Assembly: GCA_973851085.1 (NCBI GenBank)
Contig: OZ316775.1
Span: 12,214,001-12,278,000 of the forward strand
Source: Ptychomitrium polyphyllum
Lineage: Eukaryota
DNA: 64,000 nt
Direction: 5' to 3'
The notes beneath the pieces are model-generated. The model was given only the letters and a program-made list of their open reading frames with translations. It had not been told where the DNA came from and did no database searches. A program made the translations under genes and the position numbers. Shown in pieces: positions 1-12,478 of the stretch (position 1 is its first letter; every line of letters starts with the position of its first letter).

Positions 1-2020
1 AAAACTTGTGGCGCCGATAGTAAGGAGAACCGAGTGGGCCTAACATGGGAAGGACCCCTAAGGGGAGAAACATCCTTGCCCATGTAGATCAAGGGCCACG
101 AGGGATAAATCATGGGCATTGAAGGAATCACAAAGAGCTGATTCTAGAATGCTAAGGATTGCCCAAATCGGACAAGGGAGCTAAAAGTTATGGCACCCCA
201 AAGTTGGGGTTGCCAAAGGGCTGTTCTGGAGTATGGCAGCCCTACACAGTGACTGTGCTGGAGTGGGATAGTCCAGGGAGGGACTCCCCGGGAGTCCCGA
301 ACCTTGGGAGAGGTGTATCTCCCACAATACTAATTCAAATTGGACGTTTGAGGAGTCTATCGGCATCTACGCAAAGAGTAGATGACGATAGAGTGGTCGC
401 TTGATACATTCGGGCACCAAGTAAGGAAGATATGACGCCCTGAAGGTCCGTTGGGAGTCCCGAAGGCTTCCAGCGGCTAAGTTCCAAGGAAGATCGGGTG
501 GTCTTCCAAAACTCTAGGTGTGTTGGGATTCAGCTAGCTCTAGAGGGCCAGAGGGCCTGCCGAATCCCACAGAGAGTACTATAAGGGAGGGCTGGTCCCC
601 CTCCCCACTCCCCTAGTGTCCCGGTAGAGACTAAGGGTGAGTCCCGGTTGGTGGAGTTAGTGTTGGGGCTTCACCACGGGGACTCCCACACCATTGTGAG
701 CCGGTGGACGGCCGGTTTCACAAAGGGAACTAGCACGTTCAAAAGGGTACGCTTGTTACCACTAAATTGGGGTGGTGTCTTCACACCGGCACCATGATGG
801 CCCAGAGTGATCTTAGGATCACTTGGGCATCATAAATGGTGGTGAGGAGACACCACTAAGTGCGGTTAGGCCGTGTGGAATGGGAATAACACCAAATGAG
901 GCCTTGGACATGAATGGAAGTCCGCATCTAACCATTGATTACTAATAAATTGAGTGTCTTAAGAGAAATGGTAGAAAGACTTGAAAAGTGAGAATGAGGG
1001 TTAACCATGTGCATGTGGGGGTGTACAGGGTTGACGTGCGTGACGCTTGCTAAGGTGCATTGCAAGGGTTGCAACATTGATAGTCAATGGTTGGGTACGG
1101 ACTTCCATTCATGTCAAAGGCTTCACTTGGTGTTACTTCCATTCCACACAGCCTAACCACATTTAGTGGTGTCTCTTCACCACCACTCATGATCTCCATG
1201 TAATCCTAAGATCACCCCGGGCCATCATGGTGCCGACATGAAGATACCATCCCAACTTAGTGGTAACAAGCATGCCCTCTTGATCTCACTAGTTCCTTTT
1301 GTGAAACTGATCATCCACCGGCTTACAATGGTGTGGGAATCTCCGTAGTGAAGCCCCAATACTAGCTCCACCAACCAAGACTCATCATGGATTCCTACCA
1401 GGACATTAAGGGAGTTGGGAGGGGGACCAACCCACCCTATAGTATTCTTTGTGAAATCTGGCAGGCCCCTTGGCCTTGTATAGCTGGCTGAACCCCAACA
1501 CACCCAAGCTTTTGGAAGACCACCCAATCTCCCTTGGAACTTAGCTGCTGAAAGGCTTTGAAATTCCCTGCGGACCTTTAGGGAGCCATATCTTCCACGT
1601 TTGGTGTCCAAATCAATTAAGTAATCACTCTATTGTCATCTACTCTTTGCGTAAATGCCGATAGATTCCTCAAACGTCCAATTTGAATTAGCGCTCTGGA
1701 AAATATGCCTCTCCCAAGGTTCGGGACTCTCGGGGAGTCCCTCCCTGGACTGTCCTAGTCTAGTACAGTCACTGTGTAGGGCTGCCACAGTCCAGAACAG
1801 CCCCTTGGCAACCCCAACTTTGGAATACCATAACTTTTAGCTCCGTTGTCCAATTTGGGCAATCTTTAGCATTCTACAATCAACTCTTTGTGAGTCCTTT
1901 AATGCCTATAATGTATCTCTTGTGGCCCTTGGTCTACATGGGCAAGGTTGTTTCTCCTCCTAGAGGTCCTTCGCACTCAAGGCCTACTCAGTTCCCCTCA
2001 CTATCGGCGCCACAAGTCTC
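1..2020. repeat. Large imperfect inverted repeat: arms 1-941 and 1081-2020, ~140 bp spacer; probably continues left of the window
   Basis: aaacttgtggcgccgatag at the window start is the reverse complement of ctatcggcgccacaagtct near 2001-2019. Mirror ORFs 181..366(-) and 1655..1840(+) both start MPIDSSNVQFEL. Paired coordinates sum to 2021-2022 throughout. Two sampled 60-nt blocks were about 73% and 90% identical. Confidence 0.95.
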
Positions 2021-2087
2021 GGACGTCACTTCGGGATCCCCCTTGTGCCTTAGTGTTGTGGGCACTCCTCAAGGAGAGGTGTGCGAT

Positions 2088-3576
2088 AAGATTGGACTTC
2101 ATCTTTGGCACGTAGAGCACATCCTTAAAGGTGATCTACTTGATCTTGACTCCAACAACAACCTCCACTACAATGGAACCCATTCCAATGGCTTCCACGA
2201 CGCCATTGTCATCCATGAGCACACTAGTGGCTGTAATTGCCTCATAAGTATGGAATGAGCACTTGTAAAGAGTCATATGCTTTGTGACGCCCAAATCAAC
2301 TATCCACTTGGATAGGGCCGCCATAGGCGCCCCTTTGCTTGCTATGAAGGCACAATCACCACCTCCAAGGTGGTCCATCACATGGTTGGCATCTTCCCTC
2401 TCTTTTCTTTTGGCCTTGTAGCGATTTCGAGCAAAATGACTTGATTTTCTACACACAAAGCACATTCTAAGATTTGGACATTGATTAGAGTAGGTGGCCT
2501 TGCCTTGCCTTGAGAAGAGGGCAGAGTCCTCATTTGAATTTGCCTTCTTCTTGGTCTCCTTGTGGCTCAATCTTGCCGTCACATAGTCCATGTTGAGGTC
2601 CTTGATGGAAATGGACTCCAAGGCCACTATGAGATAGCTATAGGACTCCGGCAAGCTCATGAGCAATGTAATTGCAACATCCAAATCCTCCAATGGCTTG
2701 TCTACAATGGCAAGTTGCCTTGCAAGGGCCTTCAACTTGTTGACATGCGCCATGAGGTCGTGCCCTTCTTCCATCTTGCAGTTCAAGAACTTCCTCTTTA
2801 CGAAGATGATGTTGGAGAGGTTCTTGCTTTCATAGATGTTGCAAAGCGTCTTCCACGCTTCTACTGGTCCTATGCAAGAGATGATATGGGCAAAGTTGGC
2901 ATCATCAAGGTTGGTGGCAAGGATGCCAAAAGCCTTCTTCTCACAAAGTTGGAACTCCTTCCTCTCTTTTGCATCCGCCGACAATGGTGGAGCAACCTCA
3001 CTCTCATCTATGATGTCTCAAAGGTCTAAAGAAGCTAACGAGAGCTCTATTTTAACCTTCCATTGGTAGAAGTTCTCACCATGAAACTTTTGAATGACCC
3101 TCAAACCTTCACTTTCACTTGAAGCCATGCCTTAAAAAGAGAGGTAACAAGTGTACCTTCAAACAAACTATTTCCTTAACTCCTATGCTTCTCATAAGTC
3201 TTCACAATTATGAGTCCAAAGACAAGCCTTTCAACTCACTATGTCCACTCAATAAGCACATTTTTCAATGAATTCACAAGACAATAACACCAAACACAAC
3301 AAAATGGTGTTAGGAAGCTGGAATCCAATAAAGGCACTATCAAGGTCTCATCATCACTCAAAGCAGCTCACTATCCAAGGAGTTTCAACATCCATAACCC
3401 TACTAGAGCTCAAAAAACATCAAACCAAGCACCTACATGTGCAAAACCTCAAAGTTAGGCGTTTCTAATTCTATCTTCAATAACTACCAAGTGATCTTGC
3501 TCCACACAAGAACAACAACTACAAACACTTTAGGCTACTTCAAAATGCACAACTAAGTATGAGTGGGTCCATAATC
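2088..3576 (-). mobile_element. Ty1/copia internal fragment (copia-1): leader, gag, protease; truncated near 2088
   Basis: gag ATG at 3128 (MASSESEGLRVIQKFHGENF) continues into ORF 2136..2984, with a degenerate zinc knuckle (CFVCRKSSHFARN) and protease motif (WIVDLGVTKHM). Degenerate PBS gattatggaccca at 3564-3576. Confidence 0.9.
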
Positions 3577-4117
3577 TATTGAAGAAATGCAACAAAGCTA
3601 ATACAACAAGCAAGAAGAGAGAGCAAAGTTGCAACAAGAAAAGTGTGGATCACAATAACTCCCACTTCCAAAACTCCTTTACTTATACTTGAGAGTCATC
3701 CACCAAAGTGTGCCACTTAGCGGCCATGCATTTGCCTCCACTAAATGAGTGATATGTGGCGGCAGACCCTAAATCCTAGCCGCCGTAGCCGCAACCCTAG
3801 ACCTAACGGCCGTCCTAATAGCCGTCCTAACTCTAACGGCCGCCCTAATCCTAGCCGTCATATTAAACCTTTGTTGCCTTTTTTTAACCCTAGTTTCCAT
3901 ATCCTCTATGGCCTCATTCTTGACACTCCTTTGACCATTAGCAACATATCAAGCTCTAGTCCTATACAAGGAAACTTCAACTAGGATCACTTTATATGTT
4001 TCACACTTTGCAATATCTTTTTTAACATCCCTTTAATCAATAGCAACTTATTAAGGTTAAGTACCATACAAGAAAACATCAACTAGGATTATCTTATATC
4101 TTTCCTTCTTTTCAACA
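3577..4117 (-). repeat. Copia LTR shared by copia-1 (as 5' LTR) and copia-2 (as 3' LTR)
   Basis: On the minus strand it is preceded by a PPT (agcaaagtaggag), starts TGTTGAA at 4117, ends TCAATA at 3577 and is followed directly by the PBS. Both ends match the shortened LTR at 8854-8959. Confidence 0.85.
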
Positions 4118-7100
4118 CTCCTACTTTGCTATTGGTCAAACCACCTTCAATTCAATTGATCTTACCAAAAAATAGTGTCTATCCTTCATTAATGCTTTTG
4201 TAAACAAATCGACAAGCATGCCCTCCGTTGCACAATACTTCATGTTTATTACTCCATCCTAAATCTTCTCTCTTATGAAGTGATGTGGGACATCGATGTG
4301 CTTTATTTATAAGAGATGCTTGCTATTCTTAATAAAGATAAGATATCCTTTATTGTCACATATGATGGGCGTTGCATCTACTTTTACAAGTCTAATGTCA
4401 TTCAAGAGCTACCTCCATTGCACCATAACTTGTAGCCATGTACTTTGCTTCTATAATTGACCTTGCAATTATAAGTTGCCTCTTGCAATTCTAAAAGATG
4501 GCTTCTATTCCAACAAAGAATACATAACTTGTTGTGGAGTTCCTATCATTAGCATCTCCAGCCTAATCAGCATCACAAAATCCTTGCAATTCAATGTTAT
4601 CACCTCCTAGGCACAATACAAAGTCCAAGAAGCCCTTCAAGTACCTCATGATGCTCTTAATGGTTGCCCAATGCATAGGGTAGGCCTTTGATATGTGTTG
4701 CTACTTAACACTCATTTCAAACACAAGATCAAACTTTATGCCCACCATGGCATATATAAAAGATCCAACTCTTGCCTTGTATAAAATCCCTCCACTTAAG
4801 CTAACTCCTCATGACTCAGCTTCATTAGCTTTAAATTAGACTTCAAGGGTGTTTCCACTAGTTTGCAGTCTTCCATGTTGAATTGCTTCAACACCTCCTT
4901 AATGTATTTATTTTTACTCATGGTGATGGTCTTTTTTGTATGTGTTACAGACAAAGTAATTACAAGACAAGGCTTCAGGATTCCAAGATATGGAACAAGA
5001 TATGTCTAAGATATATTAGAGGTGAAAAGCTATAATAAAGTAGAAAGACAAGGCTAGAAAGTCTGAGCTAGACCACAAGGGATGCGTTGTTGAGATTGAA
5101 GATCCCTTCAGCCTTAATTCCAACAAATATTAAAACTACAAGCCTTAAAACCTTCTTGCAAATCTTATATTACATTGATTTGTATTCAAGCAACCTCAAA
5201 ATGCTTTGTTGAAAGCTTTGTAAGCCGAGGTAACTTCCTTAAAAGCTTTGTAAGCAAAGGGAACTTCCTTGGAAGCTTCCTAAGCCTTCTAAGAACCTTT
5301 CTAGATGCTTCTAGTATATATGTATGTGACAATATGATCCTTCACAAACTCCACTCTTAGGAAATAATGTAGCTTGCTCAAATCACTCATTTCAAATTTG
5401 TGCTCTAGTTTGGCCTTCAACCACTTTAGCTCCTCAAAGAGGTTGGCTAACATAATGAAGTCATCTACACACAAAATCATAATCAACAAGAACTCCATGG
5501 TTTGCATCACATACAACAAATGATTTGCTTCATTCTTTACAAATCTTTCCTTTATAAAGAAAACATCAATGCGTTGGCACCATGTCCTTGGTGATTGCTT
5601 CTATTCGTACAAGGCCTTTTTCAACTTGCAAACAAGGTGCTCTAAGCCTTCATATACGAATCTTGCAAGTTGCTCCATATAGATGTCTTTTTCTAAGGCT
5701 CCATTCAAGTAGGTCGTCTTCACATCTATTTGATGGATCTTCATATCTATTACCACTGCTATGGCTAAGATGGTTCTGATGGTGGTGAACTTGGCCATAG
5801 GTACAAATGTCTACATTAGCAACTTGTGAGTATCTTTTGGCAATCAATCTTGTCTTATGCCTCACAATTGCATCCAAAGCATCCCTATTGGTCCTGAACA
5901 CTCACTTGCAACTTATAAAAGAATGATTTGGAAGAAAATGAGTGAAGTTCCATGTGCCATTGTTCATTGTGACTTGTATTCCTCTTTCATGGCTCTTTCC
6001 CACTTCATGGCATCTGTAGACTTCAATGCATTGCACATAGTCATAGAATCAACAAAGAGGGCAATATTGCCAGGTTCAACATTCACTTTGGAAAAGATAT
6101 GGTTCTTCCACCAATCACCAAGTAGCCTCTTCTCCCCCATGAGGTACCTCCTACCACTCATTGCAAACCTCTCCTCTTATAATATATCAATTTCTCCCCT
6201 CACTTGGAGGTTGTTTCCCTCCCCCTTGTTCCTTCACCACCATCCACACATTTACCTTTTTCCTTTGCTGAAGTGGAGGATGTGTCCACAATTACACCAT
6301 TATTCCTACTTAGACACATTCCTAAGTGTTCACAAGAACTCTTGTATTCCAAGAATCCAACAACACAATTCTTGATGAACTTATTACTCTCCACATACAT
6401 CAATTTATACGCCTTGCTACCTTCATAATAACTAAAGAACACATATTTTGTACCTTTTGCATCAAGTTTGGACCTCATGCAATTAAAAACCTTTGCATAT
6501 GCAAGACATTTAAAGGTCCTCATCTGTGAAATACAAGGCTTTTTATCACTCCAAGCTTCTTGAGGAGTCATGGATGCAAGGGCATTTATGAAGCACCTCT
6601 CTTGTATATACCACATTCACCACCACTTCTGTCCACAACTCATGCCCATGATGTTGAACATGAAGCATGTTTCTGGCCATCTCTACAATGGTGCAATTAG
6701 CCCTTTCAGCAACTCCATTTTGTTGTAGAGTGTATGGAGTGGAAATTTGCCTTACAATGCCTTCATCTCTCAAGAAGTCATTAAAGCACTTGGAGAGAAA
6801 CTTACCACCATTATTCGAGTGCAACACCTTGATCTTCAAATCACATTGCTTCTCTACAAGCGCCTAAAACTCCTTGATCCTTGCAAAGCACTCACTCTAG
6901 GCCTTCATGATGAACACCCACACTTTCTTCAAAAATCACCATTTATGGAAGTCCTCATAGGCCTGCACATGTTCAAATGCACAATATCTAACAATGTACT
7001 TGCTGAAGTTGCCACTCCATTTGGAAATGAAGCCCTTTGTTGTTTGCTTTGGATGCAACCCTCATAAGCAAGTTCCTTGGACTTGTTGCATGTTGTGCCA

Positions 7101-8959
7101 AGATCGAAGCCACTTACTATGTCTTGGAGTTCTTTCATTGCATTCACAATCAAATATCCAGGGCAGCAATGTCAAATGCCAAACTTATCTTCATCTTGAG
7201 TGAATTCAACAAAGGCCGCCACCTCCACTTCATTCACCTTCTTATACTTAATGAAGTATAAATTGCCATCTTTCAAGCTCATAGCAACAACATCCTTGTC
7301 CAATGACTTCACAACACATCCATTCACATTGAAATGAGCCACAAATCTTCCCATCACAATTTTGCTCACCAAGAAGGGATTAGACTTCATCTTTGGTATA
7401 TGAAGCACGTACTTGAAGGCGATTCTCTTGGTCTTGCCTCCTACAACAACCTTCACTACAATGGATCCCATTCCAATGGCTTCTACCACACCATTGTTAC
7501 CCATGAGCGCACTAGTGGCTGGAATAGCCTCATAAGTGTGAAATGAACACTTGTTAGGCATCATGTGCTTTATGGCGCCTGAATCAACTATCCACTTTGA
7601 TAAAGCATCCATGGGTTGCTTTTTTCTTGCCATGAAGGCACAATCACCACCTCCAAGGTGGTCCATCACATAGTTGGCATCTTCCCTCTCTCTTCTCTTG
7701 GCCTTATAGAAATTTTGTACAAAGTGACTTGGTTATGCACAAATAAAGCAAATTCAAAGGTTTGGACATTGATTAGAGTAGGTGGGCTTGCCTTGCTTTG
7801 AGAAGAAGGCCGAGACCTCACTTGAGTTTCCTTCTTCTTCTTGTTGGTTTCTTTGTGGCTCAATCTCGCTATCCCATAGTCCATGGTGAGGTCATTGATG
7901 GGAATGGATATGAGGGCCACTATGAGGTAGCTATAGGACTCTAACAAGCTCATTAGCAATGTAATCACATCATTCCATTCCTCCAATGGCTTGTCTACAA
8001 TGACAAGTTGCCTTGCAAGGGCCTTCAACTTGTTGACATGCGCAATGAGGTCGTGCTCTTCTTCCATCTTCCAATTCAAGAACTTCTTCTTTGTAAAGAT
8101 GATATTGGAGAGGTTTTTGCTCGTATAGATGTTGTAAAGAATCTTCCATGCTTTTGCTGGTCCTTTGCAAGAGATGATGAGGCCCAGTTGGCATTGTAAA
8201 GGTTGTTGGCAAGGATGCCAAAAGCCTTCTTTTCACAACGTTAGAATTCCGTCCTCTCCTTTGCATCCACCAATAATGGTGGAGCAACCTCACTCTTATC
8301 TATAATATTCCAAAGGTCCAAAGGAGCCAATGAAAGTTCTATCCTAACCTTCCATTGGTAGAAGTTTTCACCATGAAATTTTTGAATGATCATCAATCTT
8401 TCACCTTCACTTGAAGCCATATCTAAACAGCAAATCTACCTTCAAACAAACTTTTGCTCAACTCCTATACTTCTCACAAATTGTCAAAGCTATGAATATA
8501 GAGACAAACTTTTCAATTCAATATTTCCATTTAATAAGCACTCTTTTCAATGAAAATACAAGACAACAACATCAAATACAAGAAGTTGGTGTTAGAGAAC
8601 TTGAATCCAACAAGGACACTATCAAGGTCTTATTATCATTAAAAAAAACTCATTATCCAAGGATTTTCAATAATTGCATTTGTAAATGAGCTCAAAACAT
8701 CCAAACAAGTACCTACATGTGCCAAAATTCAAAATTAGGCGATTCTAACTCTATCTACAACTACCAATTGATCTTGCTCCACATAAGAACAACAACTACA
8801 AATACTTCAAGCTACTTCAACAAACACAATTAAGTGTGAATGGACTCCTAACCTATTGAAGAAATGCAATAAAAATTATATAATGAACAAGAAAAAAGAG
8901 CAACGTTGCAACAATAGAAGTGTGGAGCAATTATTTAATGTGTTTCACTCTTTCCAACA
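4118..8959 (-). mobile_element. Decayed full-length Ty1/copia element (copia-2) with an internally deleted 5' LTR (8854-8959)
   Basis: Fragments occur in gag-PR-IN-RT-RH order: WIVDSGAIKHM (7172..7669), HSNNGGKF and QQNGVAER (6546..6839), SKLDAKGTK (6200..6616), HQIDVKTTYLNG (5601..5798), LCVDDF (5301..5519), with RNase H remnants to ~4190. Many stops and frameshifts. Degenerate PBS ggttaggagtcca at 8841-8853. Confidence 0.92.
4943..5331 (-). mobile_element. Gypsy solo LTR (family D) inserted in the copia-2 RT
   Basis: Termini tgttac...gtgaca with imperfect 5-bp TSD gtatg/atatg. Colinear with the LTR at 17563-17949. Copia RT sequence resumes on both sides. Confidence 0.85.
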
Positions 8960-9650
8960 GATATGGCCATTTTAAATACAATATCATGCTTTTTGGCTTT
9001 ACTAATGCCTCTATGATCTTTTAACATATGATGAATGATATCTTCCATGAATACTTGAACAATTTTGTAGCCATTTATTTGGATGTTATTTTTATATATT
9101 CAAAGGATGAATAAGACCACAAATGTCATATGCAAATAATCTTAGAAAAACTATGCCAATGGGGATTTATGCCAAATTAAAGATGTGCCATTTTTATGAA
9201 TCTTCAATTGAATTTTTAGGCAGCATCATCTTCAAAGGAGGAATCCATATGGATGAAAAGAAAATAAGCATTATCATGGAGTGGAGTACGCCAAAATCAA
9301 TTCAAGGTAATCAAAACTTTTGAGAATTTGCAAACTTCTACAAAATATTCATTAAGGACTATTCCAAGATTGCGGCACCATTGATATGACTTACAAAGAA
9401 GCAAAAACTTACTTGGAATGAAGAACCAGAAAGAGCATTTTAAGGTCTTAAAAAGTCATTCACGTGGGCTCCAATCCTTATTCATCCAAATCCGCCAAAA
9501 CCTTTATATTTGGAAGCGGATGCTTCAAATATTGCACTTGGCTCAGTATTCTTACAATATGATGATAATGGAAGATTCCACCCTATTGTTTTTTATTCAA
9601 AGAGGTTCTCAACAACAAAGATCAATTATAATATACATAAAAAGGAATTA

Positions 9651-10733
9651 TGTAAATTGAAATAAGCTCCTACTAATTAGAAAACTTACTTTTTCATACA
9701 TTCCTAGATTCATGTAGATTTTGATTAGCGTTGTAATCTACTCATAATTGAGAAATATTAATTTAATTAACTATTGCTAAAATTCCTTCAAATTCATTAG
9801 ACATGCACCTTGTGGATCTTAAAGTAACTTGAACAATAGTTATATGGCTGAATTTGGCTATTTTTGCTAAAGAACTTGACCCAATTACCAATGTGACCAA
9901 GTACTAAACTTTGCCCTGCTACTTTGTTATATTTGGGCTTTTGCTATTCTACTATATTTTGGACCTTGTCGCTCCGCAATATTATTCCCTTTGCTTGTCA
10001 CATGTTGCCGGTTGTTTTATATTTGACTGCAACTCAAAAAGTCAATAGACAATCGACCATACTACATGCTAGCAAGCCTTTTTGAATCTTTGCCAGTGAA
10101 TATCCACCTTTAATGACTTCCCTTTCAGCAACTTGCGGTTGCTTACATTCCGCCTTTGCTTGGAGTGCTTTCTGTACTTGCTTTGGCGGTCGTTCCTCTA
10201 GCTGCTGTTGCCAAACACGCAGCTGTAAATCTTGTCCTTCTCTTTAATTCAGCTACTAGTGCCATTTTTACTTTGCAAGCTTGCAGAAAGGAAACAAATA
10301 AAAACAACAAAGTTCTAAGTAATTGAAGGTTGTTTATATTTAGCGGCAACCACTCCTTTTCTACCTCATTATTTTTTATAACTATTGAACCTAATTCCTT
10401 AATTCTAACTCTAGAATGTCTAAATTTAGCTACGGTTCTAAAATTACCAGTTATTTTAGATTTTGACTATCATTCAAAATTTAGCTGCGGTTCTACAATC
10501 AGCAAAAAATGTATACAAGTTTGCAGAATTCATCTTTCTTTCTCTAATTCCATTCTAGCATTGGCTTTAAGTATCATGGACCATGAGCATTTGTCCACTT
10601 ATACTTTACTTCCTTTAATAACAACTTTAATCCAACCTTTTTTGCCCTAATTAAACCTAATATTTTCTACAATGTTATGGTTTGTCATTTTTTTTAAGGA
10701 GAAAATTTATAATGAGCTGATTTTACAATAACA
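9651..10733. mobile_element. ~1.1 kb insertion, probable solo LTR, in the RNase H of copy B
   Basis: Splits the KE|LLAIVDAF motif. TG...CA termini, candidate TSD aatta/actta, internal ~20 bp degenerate repeats like those at 51060-51420. Confidence 0.6.
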
Positions 10734-11160
10734 ACTTACTTGCAATTGTAGATGCATTTGAGCAATGGTGGCACTTGTTGAAAGGGGCTCAATATACCAT
10801 CACATTATACACAAATTATAAGAACTTAAAATAATTCAAGAATACGGGCATTTTAAATTGCCATCAAGCAACGTGAAATATATTGCTATCTATATTTGAC
10901 CTTGTCATACCCTATCAACTTGATAGCCTACAATTTAAGCTAAATGCCTTATCACAATAATTTTATTTAGCTCCTCAACTTAGAAATTATGTTTTAGATC
11001 AACATAGGACTATTTTATTGAAGCCACAAAATCTTCAATTAAAAGCAGCGATTATTACCACAACATCCATCTCAACAAAATTTGGAGGGCCTTGAAGAAT
11101 GATGTCTTTCTTTCAGATATAAAGAGGCGCCTTTGACGATTGAAGTTCCTTCAAGCAAGT

Positions 11161-12478
11161 TGCCGTGCTATAAATAGTTATATGGTTTAAAACTTAGCTA
11201 ATATGTATTATTTTGAGGATTTTGATTTATTTTGTTTTAAAAAAGAATATTAGAATGTAAAGAAAAGTTAGGTGAAAAGAATCGTGGTGAAACCACGGTT
11301 TTTAATATCTTGGAGGTAGAATTGCATTTATTTTGGTTTTAATTTCCTACTTTAGATTTGTGAGGATTGGTTTTGTCTTCTTTTCTAATTTGGAACCTAA
11401 AAATTTTGACCAAAGAGAAGAAAAAAAAAAAAAAACAAAAAAAAAGGATTTACGTTGTTTTTTATTTGAAGATATGGTTTGATAAGGATTGAATAAAGGA
11501 ATTAGGGGGTGATGTGGAAAGATAAGGATGATGTGGAGTAATAAGAGGCGGATGTGGCAGTTTGACCACCACCTTCTTCTTCTCTCTCGGCAATTGTTGT
11601 TTAAGGCAACCCTTCCTTTGACCATATCTCATAGTATATTTTTTAATTTGTATTGAATTTTATTGGATTTTTTTTTTCTTTATTAATCCTCCAAGATATT
11701 ATTACATGCTATATTTAAAGTTAGTATGTGACCATGGCACTAGTTTGAGTCAAGTTGAGTCAGCTCCCTTGAGTTTCCCGGAGAAACTGCTTTGGATGGT
11801 TATAACATTTTTTATATTTAGAATTTGGTAATGAAATTTAGAGGATAGTATTCAAAATTACTTCAAGATGATGTTGTAAAAATTTCAAAATTAAAAAGGC
11901 TTGTATAGTAAAAGGTATAAAAAAAACTACAGTTAAAGCTTTAAAAGTTATATTCAATAAAGTTGTTGATGAACATTTTGGGCCATAAGAAGAAATTGAA
12001 GGAGTTTTTGAAATTGATATTTTAGTGAAGTGTTTGTTGTAAGATGACTAATGTATGTATAAAGTTTTAAATCATGATTGTTTCTAAATGAATGTTAAAG
12101 TAATAAAGTAAAGGGCACCAACGAGCTACAGCAGTCAAAAGTGAGAATTTCAAAAGCATGATTCTCAATGCTTATAGTAGCAATGGTTATGAAATTTTCA
12201 CCAAAGCTTAATAGATGCCTCAAAAACATAGAATGAAAATATCAAATTCCTTAAACTCATATAATAGGAAATATGAGCAAAATTGAAAGCAGCTTTGTAA
12301 TGGCAGTATGAAGTTATAATTTGATTTTGGATTGAAATCTTAACAATGCTTAAAAAGCATGATCAAAGAATTATTTTATTTAACGAATTAGGCAAATACC
12401 ATCTTGTCAATTTGAAAAGTGATTAGTAGCAGCCTGAGGCCCAATGCTTTCTCAAAGCAAGGCTCTCTTACCACAACA
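11161..12478. mobile_element. ~1.3 kb AT-rich insertion in copy B (possible solo LTR)
   Basis: Interrupts the QA|RHDL stretch that is contiguous in copy A near 43560-43575. Termini tgccgtg...cacaaca. No clear TSD. Confidence 0.5.

Noticed and set aside
2060..2090. Short hairpin resembling a Helitron 3' end
   Set aside because: The stem is imperfect, there is no CTRR terminus, and no Rep/helicase remnant is seen.
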